64,000 nt of DNA from assembly GCA_023397655.1 (NCBI GenBank), contig JAEWTW010000057.1:50842-114841 (forward strand), read 5' to 3'. The translations under genes were made by a program, and so were the position numbers. The notes beneath the pieces were generated by a model, which was not told where the DNA came from, did not search any database, and saw nothing but the letters and a program-made list of their open reading frames with translations. Numbering within the stretch: position 1 is the first letter of the stretch; the number at the start of each line of letters is the position of its first letter. Source of the stretch: Bacillota bacterium. Lineage in GTDB: Bacteria; Bacillota; Clostridia; Christensenellales; SZUA-584. Shown in pieces: positions 54,982-63,188 of this stretch.

Positions 54982-56346
54982 TCAGCCCAAATCTCTGAAC
55001 GCACCATCCGCCTCAAACGAAAACCATTTCATGTTTTCGCCGAAGCTGAAGAAAAAAATGCGTCCGCCGGGCCCCAGACAAACGGGTTCGGTGGCGCACT
55101 CCCGGCTGAAAAGCTGCTGTTTCGTTGCGAGATCGTACGCGGCCAGCCCGCCGGAGATGATGAAGCCGTCCTCCTCGTAAGTTTTGGTGAAGGCGACCAC
55201 CAGCCTGCCGTCTGCGGCGTTCAGCGTGGTGATGTCGTTTTCGGACGATAAGAAAGCCTCATCGCCTGTACCGTCCGTGCGAACGCGACGCACCGTGCGC
55301 GTGTCGCCGCCGTCCAAATAATATATCCAGCCACCCGTTACGGCATAGCACTGTATGAAACCTTTCGCGAGCTGCTGCGCGCTGCCGCCCTCCGCCGGGA
55401 CACGCCACAATCCGCCGTCCTCCGCTTTGGGGCAGTGATACACCCAGCCCTCCGCTACACAGGGGAGCATTGCCGTCATGTCTGATAGCTTCAGCTCACC
55501 GCCGCAGCCGAAGCTGTTGCGGTACAGGCAGCCATTGTCGCTGCCGTTGTCGTAGTACATGAAACCGCCCTCCACAGAGAGGAACGAACATATATCTTCA
55601 ACAAGACGCTCGGCCTTGCTGCCATCCGTTCGTGCACGCCAGGGCTTACTGTCTTCGGCGCTGATGTAATACAGCCAGTCGTCCATTATGTTGAGGCTGG
55701 AACCGCGGATATCACCCACGCGCACGCGTCCTGTTCCGTCCGCGCGCACCTTATAGACCGCGAAGCCCTCGCCGGGGTAAGACAGGTAAACCCAATTGCC
55801 CTGCCATGTCAGCAGTCCGCCGTGCCAGACGCCGCCGTATTTGCCGGCATTGGACAGGTTGCCCGTTGTGATGCCCGTCGTGTTAATTTCGCTGTCTGAG
55901 GCGTAGTCGGACGCGAAGGGGATATCGATTGCAAAGTCCGGCTGGTGGCGCTGTGCCCATTCGACCAATTGCTCAGAGTTCTGTGCATCCTCAAGACCCA
56001 AGGCCAGCAGGCGGTTGATCTCCATCATATTTTCTTCAGACATCAGATATAGGGCAGTGGAGGCATCCAAATATGCATCGGTAGCTGACGGGTCCAATTC
56101 GATCAGTTTCATGGCCGCCAGATATTTGGCTTTGTTATTGCCTTCATCGGTGAAACGCGAAATCAAACCGCGCAGGTCCTCTGCCGAAGATGCGGACTCC
56201 ACCAGTGCTTCATCGGTATCAGGAGCGGGGGAGAGAGCGGCAGTTGCAGCGGGTTCCGTATCCGGCGTTGGCAGCGCGGCCGGAGCACCGCATCCGGCAA
56301 TCATCAGCATCATTAGTAATATCAGAATGAACATCGTAGCTTTCAT
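54982..56346 (-). CDS. DUF5050-like beta-propeller lipoprotein
   Basis: MKATMFILILLMMLMIAGC lipobox. Repeated W.YY...D......R.DG blades (GNWVYLSY, DDWLYYIS, GGFMYYDN, EGWVYHCP, GGWIYYLD). Confidence 0.6.
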   Translation of the reverse strand: MKATMFILILLMMLMIAGCGAPAALPTPDTEPAATAALSPAPDTDEALVESASSAEDLRGLISRFTDEGNNKAKYLAAMKLIELDPSATDAYLDASTALYLMSEENMMEINRLLALGLEDAQNSEQLVEWAQRHQPDFAIDIPFASDYASDSEINTTGITTGNLSNAGKYGGVWHGGLLTWQGNWVYLSYPGEGFAVYKVRADGTGRVRVGDIRGSSLNIMDDWLYYISAEDSKPWRARTDGSKAERLVEDICSFLSVEGGFMYYDNGSDNGCLYRNSFGCGGELKLSDMTAMLPCVAEGWVYHCPKAEDGGLWRVPAEGGSAQQLAKGFIQCYAVTGGWIYYLDGGDTRTVRRVRTDGTGDEAFLSSENDITTLNAADGRLVVAFTKTYEEDGFIISGGLAAYDLATKQQLFSRECATEPVCLGPGGRIFFFSFGENMKWFSFEADGAFRDLG

Positions 56347-56372
56347 ATAAGCTTCTCCTTGCCGTTTCCATG

Positions 56373-57443
56373 TCATATCGTCAGCGGGCTTTGGCCGTCG
56401 TAATAATCGATAGCCGTCTGGAATATGCGCCGGTAATAGTCGTCCACGCGGGGCACAAAATCATCAGCGGTCACAGTCAGGCCGCTCACGCAGCGCTTGC
56501 CGTCCTCGTAAAGGCATGCGATAGCGGATACCTCGGAGACCCGGCCGCTGAACAGCTTCAGCCCGTCTCCGGCGGACAGCCGTATGATGCCGCTCACCTC
56601 TGCGGGCTGCAGATCATAATCCGTCAGCGCGTACGGCGTCTCAAACAGGTAGACGGAGTTGAACTCGCAATTGTGGAATGCGCCTTTTTTCTCCGCATAC
56701 TGCCGCACACCAAGGTAAATCACGTCTTCGAAACGGACGGTCACGCCCAGCTCCGTGACGATGCGCCCGATGCCTTCCCGGTCGGATTCGCCCGCGTTGA
56801 GGTGCCGCGACGCCGTGATGTCATACAGGCCGGGAAAGTCTGCCTTGGACATGCTGCGCCGCTGAAACCAAACGCTGGGCACACCATCTGCGCGGCTGAC
56901 GAACCAACAGTGGAACGTCTTGTGCCACAGACCCTTCTCGTGCGCTTCGGCACGCACCGCCGTACCCATCAGGCTCATCTCTTCGTCGTAAATATCCACG
57001 AGCATGCCGCCCATCGGGTCCGCCGCCTGCGGTTTGGGCACAGGCGTTTCCTGCACAGGGCGTATGGCCGCGAGCAACGGCGTAATGGCCTTATCCACTG
57101 CACCATCCGGCACATCCAGCCAGTGGCATATGGAGAGGAAGTACGCCATCTCGTCACTGGGGCGCGTACCGTCAATACGCACCGGCAGTATCGGCAGACG
57201 GTTATCGGCAGCCAGAGCCACCTCGCGCAACACCTGCAGGGATTCGTTCGAATTCCTGCTGAACAGCAGCACGACAAGCCGGGCGTTTCGCAGCGCCTGC
57301 GCGATGGATCCGGCCCAGTGGCTGCCCGTGGTCAGGTTGCGCGGGGCCATCCAGCACGGGACGCCACTGTCCTCCAGCAGCGCACACAACCGGACAGCGG
57401 CCTCGCTCTCCCGGGATGAATAGCTGATAAAAGCGTCGATCAT
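56373..57443 (-). CDS. TIR domain fused to a Nudix-fold domain with a degenerate Nudix box
   Basis: ATG 57443 follows GGGAGG. The TIR pattern is DAFISYSSRESEAAVRLCALLEDSGVPCWMAPRNL..G..W...I..AL...RLVVLLFS.NS..S..VLREV. The C-terminal half aligns with the neighbouring Nudix, but its box reads GESDREGIGRIVTELGV. Confidence 0.75.
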   Translation of the reverse strand: MIDAFISYSSRESEAAVRLCALLEDSGVPCWMAPRNLTTGSHWAGSIAQALRNARLVVLLFSRNSNESLQVLREVALAADNRLPILPVRIDGTRPSDEMAYFLSICHWLDVPDGAVDKAITPLLAAIRPVQETPVPKPQAADPMGGMLVDIYDEEMSLMGTAVRAEAHEKGLWHKTFHCWFVSRADGVPSVWFQRRSMSKADFPGLYDITASRHLNAGESDREGIGRIVTELGVTVRFEDVIYLGVRQYAEKKGAFHNCEFNSVYLFETPYALTDYDLQPAEVSGIIRLSAGDGLKLFSGRVSEVSAIACLYEDGKRCVSGLTVTADDFVPRVDDYYRRIFQTAIDYYDGQSPLTI

Positions 57444-57482
57444 GGCAAACCTCCCTGCCGCGTCACTCAAAACGCCGCCGCG

Positions 57483-58217
57483 TCAGAATACGAAGCGGCG
57501 CATTTCGCGCGCTGCCTTTGTGCGCCGGAATACCGCCTTCGCTTCGGCCAGATGCGGCGCGCAGCGGTAATGCGCCAGCCGGTGCGTGATGACCAGCTGT
57601 TTGACGTCATTGTCGCGGGCAAGCGCCGCCGCCTGCGCCGCGGACATGTGCGTGGACTCCGCCGTCCTGTCCGCTTCCAGAAATGAGGCGTCACAGAGCA
57701 GCAGGTCCGCATCGTGCGCCAGCGCACAGGCATTGCCGCACATCACCGTATCGCCGGTGTAAGCGAACACCTTGCCCTCTGCCCGTACGCGTAAGCCAAA
57801 TACCGGGTACGCATGCGACAGTTCGATGAATTCCAGTGCCACATCGCCCAGCTGCACGGCCATTCCGTGCGCCAGCGGCATGATGTCGAAGGGGTGCATC
57901 GCCCGCAGCATCTCGTATTCCGCCTCGGGTTCGGACGGAGCGAACACCGGGATATGGTCACGGTCACCCATGCCGAAGCGCTTGCGGTAGGGCAGCGCGT
58001 AGCGCAGCAGCGTCATATCCGTGATGTGATCCCCGTGCAGGTGGGACAGCACCACCGCATCCACGGCTTCCGGCGTTGTCACTCGCTGGAGCCGCGCCAG
58101 TACGCCGCTGCCGCAGTCGAGCAGCAACCGCCGGCCCGCTGCCTCCAGCAGATATCCCGATGTAGCGCGGCCCGCGGGCGCATAGGGTGCGTACATTCCA
58201 AGAACCGTCAGCTTCAT
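57483..58217 (-). CDS. MBL-fold metallo-hydrolase
   Basis: SHLHGDH motif. ATG 58217 (MKLTVLGMY) follows GGGGAGGA. Confidence 0.8.
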   Translation of the reverse strand: MKLTVLGMYAPYAPAGRATSGYLLEAAGRRLLLDCGSGVLARLQRVTTPEAVDAVVLSHLHGDHITDMTLLRYALPYRKRFGMGDRDHIPVFAPSEPEAEYEMLRAMHPFDIMPLAHGMAVQLGDVALEFIELSHAYPVFGLRVRAEGKVFAYTGDTVMCGNACALAHDADLLLCDASFLEADRTAESTHMSAAQAAALARDNDVKQLVITHRLAHYRCAPHLAEAKAVFRRTKAAREMRRFVF

Positions 58218-58285
58218 GGCATCCTCCCCGAATCTATCCGCATATAAGCATAGTGTCAGACTTTGATGTACCGGATAATCCCGCG

Positions 58286-59008
58286 TCACTCAAAACGCCG
58301 CCGCGTCATCAGAACTGCGTAGACGGTGGTCACCGCTGCCGCATAGCAAAGCATCCACAGAAAATACAGCCATACCACACCAAAATCCAACGTGCTTTCC
58401 GCGCTGTATTCCACCGTCAGATCGTGTACCGGCGGTAGTATCCAGAGTATATACGCAAGGAACGCCGCCTTTTTGACGAGCGCACCCTTCACAACAGCCA
58501 GCACGCAGAAGGCCGCGCTCAGCAGTATCGCCGTGCGCCGTCCGCGTATCAGCCGGGAGGAGGTGAACAGCCCCGATATGCTGCCGCAGTACGACGCCAG
58601 CCAGAACAGCGCAAGCCCGGACAGCGCATCCGCCGCCGTGACTGGCCGTTTGAACAGCGTTGCTCCGGTGGCAAAGTGTATCAGCAGCGGCCCCGCCACC
58701 GAGACCAGTGCGAACGCCGCCGCGAGCGCGGCCATCAGCAGTGCACGGGAAAGGAAGAACGGGCCTTTGCGCTTCAGTTTCACCAGCATGGCCTGTTCGA
58801 TCATCGGGCTGCTTAAGCCCGCGGACATCACGCCTGCGCTGAGCGACAGCACGAACACCACCAGTGCGCCAATGCTGAAGCTGGAGAGTATGTCCAGCGG
58901 GGCGATGGCGTACGCGATGCCGATGTACGCGACGAGCAGCAGCGCCGGCAGCACCAGCCGTCCGCTGTGCAGCAGTATATCCTTCTCATAAGCAAACAGC
59001 GCTTTCAT
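58286..59008 (-). CDS. ABC-2-type multi-TM permease-like protein
   Basis: 240 aa with about 6 hydrophobic helices. Its start overlaps the ATPase stop by 4 nt. Confidence 0.65.
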   Translation of the reverse strand: MKALFAYEKDILLHSGRLVLPALLLVAYIGIAYAIAPLDILSSFSIGALVVFVLSLSAGVMSAGLSSPMIEQAMLVKLKRKGPFFLSRALLMAALAAAFALVSVAGPLLIHFATGATLFKRPVTAADALSGLALFWLASYCGSISGLFTSSRLIRGRRTAILLSAAFCVLAVVKGALVKKAAFLAYILWILPPVHDLTVEYSAESTLDFGVVWLYFLWMLCYAAAVTTVYAVLMTRRRFE

Positions 59009-59868
59009 AATGTCTCCTCATATTTGACGATGCGGATGCCGTGCGCCAGCAGCATCGCCAGCAGTTCATGCCCGCAGGCCCGGTCTGCCTCAATACGCAG
59101 CATCTGTCCGCACGGGCTGATTTGCGCCGTCGCATCTGCGTTCCTCACCAGCGCGCCGATGTCCGTGCCGCCGGGCAGCGCTAGTATCACGCAGCGCGGG
59201 CTCACGCTCTGCATCATGTAACCGGTGCCATCTGCCAGTGCGCCGTTCGCAATCTGCAGCACGCGGTCTGCCAGCGCCTCGATCAGAAACGGCTCATGGC
59301 ACGCCATAACCACCGCCATACCGTCCCGTTTGCGGCGGCGTATATCGTCGGCGAAGCGCAGCTGAGAGATCGCGTCCTGACCGGACAGCGGCTCGTCCAT
59401 GAACAGCACGTCGCGCTCGGCCAGCAGCGCCTGTATCACCGCCACCTTTTGCAGCATGCCCTTGGACAGATATTTGAGCGGCGTATTCAAATATGCCGTC
59501 ATGGCAAACATATCACAGTAATGCGCGGTTGTTTTAGATTCCGCGTTCTCCATACCGCGCATGTGGTCGAGGAAGCGGGCGGCGGTCATGTTTATTTTCT
59601 CGAATCGGTCAGGGATGAGGGCGGCGCGCGTATCCGCTGCCGTTACGACATGTCCGTCGTCCGGCCGTGTCACGCCGCAGAGCAGGCGCAGCAGCGTGCT
59701 CTTGCCGCAGCCGTTTTCACCCACCAGCGCAACGGCCTCGCCGCGGCGCACATCAATACAGACGTCCTTCAGCACAGGCCGCCCGCCATAGGCTTTGCGG
59801 ATATGCAGCGCTGAGATAATCGTCGCGTCTGCCGCAGCGTCTTTGCTGTACACAGTTTCTGTGTTCAT
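59005..59868 (-). CDS. ABC transporter ATP-binding protein with an extra C-terminal domain
   Basis: GENGCGKSTLL, LSKGMLQKV, LFMDEPLSGQD. ATG 59868 follows AGGAGA. Confidence 0.85.
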   Translation of the reverse strand: MNTETVYSKDAAADATIISALHIRKAYGGRPVLKDVCIDVRRGEAVALVGENGCGKSTLLRLLCGVTRPDDGHVVTAADTRAALIPDRFEKINMTAARFLDHMRGMENAESKTTAHYCDMFAMTAYLNTPLKYLSKGMLQKVAVIQALLAERDVLFMDEPLSGQDAISQLRFADDIRRRKRDGMAVVMACHEPFLIEALADRVLQIANGALADGTGYMMQSVSPRCVILALPGGTDIGALVRNADATAQISPCGQMLRIEADRACGHELLAMLLAHGIRIVKYEETL

Positions 59869-59894
59869 CGTATCTCCTAATGTGCCGCCCGCCG

Positions 59895-61625
59895 TCATAA
59901 CCGGTAAGCTGCCATGCCGATGCGCGCCAGCAGGCGGGGGATGTTGCGCACCGGGTCGCGGTCCAGCTCCTTGATCTCCTCCGGCAGCTTGCCGTACGGT
60001 ACGAGATAAGGCGTGGTTTTTCTGTCAGCGTTCACGTCTGCACCCGTTGTCCAGCCAGTGGAGATGCGCTCGGCCATCCAGGCTCCGTGCTCCTCTTCAG
60101 CCAGAGCCTCCACATATTCCTCGGGTATCTCGCTGACGGTTTCCCCGGCGCTGCCGGCGGGGCGCATCTCATAGCCCATCTGCCATAGCTTGTCGGGTAT
60201 GCGCATGGCCTGCCGCAGGTTGGAGTACTTGAGCGTGTCGGGCAGCGCGTCAAAATCGGGGTATTTGAGCGGCCTGTCCGGATAGCGCTCCATCTGCTTC
60301 TCGTTGTAAAGCTCATGGATGGAACGCGCCAGACGCTCCAGGTCTTCCAGCTCAGGACGGGCATGCAAAGCGGGGGAGGATGCAGGAAGCACAGCCTTGT
60401 TCACAGTGCGGCTATGGATGGAGACGGCGTCAAACAGCGCGCCCAGGTCCAGCAGGCTGCCGAGCAGCTTCTTCTTATCACGCGCAAAATCCTTGGGCAG
60501 CGCGCCGCCTTCCGAGACATATGTGAGCGACAGCGTGCAGTCGCTGATGCCGACCGACGCGCGTGCCGCCTGTGTGCACTGCCTGTCCAATATGCCGTAA
60601 GCCTGCCGGTTCCACTCCTGCAGCTCGTCGCACAGTATCAGCAGGTAAGCGACGGGGTGCGCGGCGGGGCTGAGCGGCCCCATACTGAAAGGCTTTTTCT
60701 GCATCACGTTTCTATAGTAGTTGTGCAGCAGTATGGCGCTGGCGCTGTCCAGCACCGGCCAGTAGAAATATTCGGATTTGTACCGAGCGGACTGTATCAA
60801 AAAGCCGTACCACCGGAGCACGATGATGGCGCTGTAATAACCGTGGTCGATAAAGCCGCATCGCGCCATCACGTCCACAAAGCCGTCCAGCGCACTCTTC
60901 ACGGCATTGAGGTCCGCGCCTAGAGACGTATGCAGTTTGTGTGCCAGCAGATCGACCGGCCTTAGCGTGTCGATGTAACAAGCGCTGTCATACCGGCTGA
61001 GATAACTGCGTGTAAATTCGTGTTTGGGGACGATCTCGGAGATGCGGTTAAACTCGTCAAAGTTCTCGAAAGTGAGCTGAACGTTGATACTGTTGTCCGT
61101 TTCTGTAGTGCCCGCAGCGAAATCGACGAACTTGTTGAGCTGCCGCCCCACGATCTCCAACGGGTAGCCCACGTCGTGGAACAGAGAGGCGAGCCCCCAG
61201 CGGTAGAAAAACTCCTCGTGTTTGGTGTCGTAGGAGAACGGGTATTCCTGCTTGTCCATCACCGTCTCATCGAAGGCGCGGCGGTAGCGGGCGTTGGCGG
61301 CGTACACGGACAGCCCGAGCAGAAACACATTGACGGAGTGTATATAGTGGTCGCGCTGCCTGTCGATCAGCACGGCGGCGTTTTCCTCATAGCTTTTCAG
61401 CACGTCCAGCAGGTCGATGAAAGGATTGGTAGCACCCCTAAGCCGAATGCGGTAGCTGTCGAAGAAAGCCCGGTACACGGCGAATGCGTTGTCCTTGGTC
61501 TCGCGGGAGAGGAACTCAAGCGCAGCCTGCCGCATGAATATCTTGTAGCAGTGGCCCCGCTCAAGGTCTTCGAAAACCTCAAGCTTATCAAAAAAAACGG
61601 TGATATACTGCCGCAATTCACTCAT
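59895..61625 (-). CDS. HD-domain protein with a C-terminal RyR (ryanodine-receptor-type) domain
   Basis: DHYIHSVNVF...LASLFHDVGYP is the H...HD pattern. The C-terminus EEEHGAWMAERISTGWTTGADVNADRKTTPYLVPYGKLPEEIKELDRDPVRNIPRLL is the bacterial RyR pattern. Confidence 0.7.
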   Translation of the reverse strand: MSELRQYITVFFDKLEVFEDLERGHCYKIFMRQAALEFLSRETKDNAFAVYRAFFDSYRIRLRGATNPFIDLLDVLKSYEENAAVLIDRQRDHYIHSVNVFLLGLSVYAANARYRRAFDETVMDKQEYPFSYDTKHEEFFYRWGLASLFHDVGYPLEIVGRQLNKFVDFAAGTTETDNSINVQLTFENFDEFNRISEIVPKHEFTRSYLSRYDSACYIDTLRPVDLLAHKLHTSLGADLNAVKSALDGFVDVMARCGFIDHGYYSAIIVLRWYGFLIQSARYKSEYFYWPVLDSASAILLHNYYRNVMQKKPFSMGPLSPAAHPVAYLLILCDELQEWNRQAYGILDRQCTQAARASVGISDCTLSLTYVSEGGALPKDFARDKKKLLGSLLDLGALFDAVSIHSRTVNKAVLPASSPALHARPELEDLERLARSIHELYNEKQMERYPDRPLKYPDFDALPDTLKYSNLRQAMRIPDKLWQMGYEMRPAGSAGETVSEIPEEYVEALAEEEHGAWMAERISTGWTTGADVNADRKTTPYLVPYGKLPEEIKELDRDPVRNIPRLLARIGMAAYRL

Positions 61626-61732
61626 ATTTTCGCTGACCTCGCAATTTCATTTTTCAAGTGACCCGGCAAGGGGAGAGCCGGCGGTGCTGCCGGATTACCG
61701 AAGTTAATTTTATCCGATTATTTCCTTATAAG

Positions 61733-61778
61733 CAAGAGATGCTAGTCAATATAATCAAGAGATGCTATTCAATGTAAT
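61733..61778 (-). repeat. Tandem 23-bp direct repeat in the operon upstream region
   Basis: CAAGAGATGCTAGTCAATATAAT followed by CAAGAGATGCTATTCAATGTAAT (3 mismatches), about 110-150 nt upstream of the HD-RyR start. Confidence 0.8.
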
Positions 61779-61787
61779 TGTTTTCGG

Positions 61788-61817
61788 GCAAAACAAAAGG
61801 CGCTCTGCTGAGCGCCC
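61788..61817 (-). terminator. Rho-independent terminator of the upstream lipoprotein gene
   Basis: GGCGCTC-AGCA-GAGCGCC followed by TTTTGTTTTG on the minus strand. Confidence 0.75.
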
Positions 61818-61852
61818 TTTGCTGTTACGGACAGACCGATACATCTCCCAAT

Positions 61853-63136
61853 TTACCGTTTGCCCTTATCATCCTTGCCCGGCTTGTCGTTGTCCGGCTT
61901 GCCGCCATGACCGCCGCCGTCGCTGTCGTTATCATTGTCATTGTCATTGTCAGTGTCTGAATCATTCTTGCCTTTGTCAGGCTTGCCTTTATCTTCCGGG
62001 CCATCGCCGGCTTCTTCCGGCGCATCGCCCCAGCCGCCGCTCTCCCAATTGAAATCGAATTCCCACACCAGCAGATTTTCGATAAGCGCGGGATCAAGAC
62101 CCAGCGCCGCCACTGCGGCCATAAAGTCGCCCCGGGCTTTCGCTTTGGCGGCTTCAAACATGGCCTTTCCGTCTTCCTTGGCCTGCTGGAACGCCTGCTG
62201 TGCGGCAGTTTTGGCCTGCTTCCAGGCGTTTTTGTCCTTGTTGTCCTTAAAAGCCTGCTGCGCAGCTTCTTTGGCCGCTTTAAACGCGGCTATCGCGGCG
62301 GCTTTTGCTTCGCGGTGAGCCTGCGCAGCGGCATGCATTGCCTCCGCATAGGCTTCCTTTGCCGCTGTCAGTATGGCCTTCTGCTCATCGGTCAGGCCTT
62401 CAAGCAGGGGAGAAAGGTCCCCGTACATGCCGAGTGCGTCTCCGACGAGATGCGTCAGGTCACCCATGCGCATATCCTCGTACTTCGCAATTGCGTCTTC
62501 CATGCTGAGGCCCTCGCTGTCCGCCAGATAGCTGATCAGCAGGTAACGGCCGGGTGTGAGCCCATAGCTTTTGGCAACCTCCGCTATATCGTCCGATACG
62601 TCGGATGCGTATATGGGGCACTCCAGACCCAGAGCGGTCAGGGATTCCTGCGCCTGCGTCTCAATATCGGTGATCAGGTCGTCTTCCACGTCGCCGTACG
62701 CGGTGATCACGATGGACGGGTCCGTTTCCGCCGGAGCCAGATAACCGTCTGCCGCCAGCGTGCCGATCAGCTGATCCACTGCGTTTTCATAGGTCAAGCC
62801 AACGACATCACAGTTCAGAATTATCGACTCGCCGTCGTCGTTGTACGCCGTTATGCCCAGCACGATACCGCCCTTGATCGCCAGCTGAACGCTGGGGTTA
62901 ACATCCAGCGACACATAGCCAACGCCCTCTGTCTCAATGGGCTGAGCCGTGCCTGCTGGTGCTGCGGATGGCGCTGCGGATTCAACGTTCGTCGCTAGCG
63001 CCGCCGTCTGCATGGGTGCTGCTGTGACCGGTGCCGTATCCGGCCCGGCGGAGCAGCCCGTCAGTACTGTAGCTAACATGAAAATGAGTGTGATTGCGCC
63101 CGCCGTGATACGGCCGGCTTTGGTGCTTAGTTTCAT
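61853..63136 (-). CDS. Lipoprotein with an RsgI-type DxNPS domain, an Ala/Lys/Gln-rich helical region and an Asp/Lys/Gly-rich tail
   Basis: Lipobox LTGCS. YVSLDVNPSVQLAIKGGIVLGITAYNDDGESI. The tail is DSDTDNDNDNDNDSDGGGHGGKPDNDKPGKDDKGKR. Confidence 0.65.
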   Translation of the reverse strand: MKLSTKAGRITAGAITLIFMLATVLTGCSAGPDTAPVTAAPMQTAALATNVESAAPSAAPAGTAQPIETEGVGYVSLDVNPSVQLAIKGGIVLGITAYNDDGESIILNCDVVGLTYENAVDQLIGTLAADGYLAPAETDPSIVITAYGDVEDDLITDIETQAQESLTALGLECPIYASDVSDDIAEVAKSYGLTPGRYLLISYLADSEGLSMEDAIAKYEDMRMGDLTHLVGDALGMYGDLSPLLEGLTDEQKAILTAAKEAYAEAMHAAAQAHREAKAAAIAAFKAAKEAAQQAFKDNKDKNAWKQAKTAAQQAFQQAKEDGKAMFEAAKAKARGDFMAAVAALGLDPALIENLLVWEFDFNWESGGWGDAPEEAGDGPEDKGKPDKGKNDSDTDNDNDNDNDSDGGGHGGKPDNDKPGKDDKGKR

Positions 63137-63188
63137 GGTTTCCTCCTTGGTTTTTTATTTGTAAATTTAAATGGCAATTCCGGATGTG

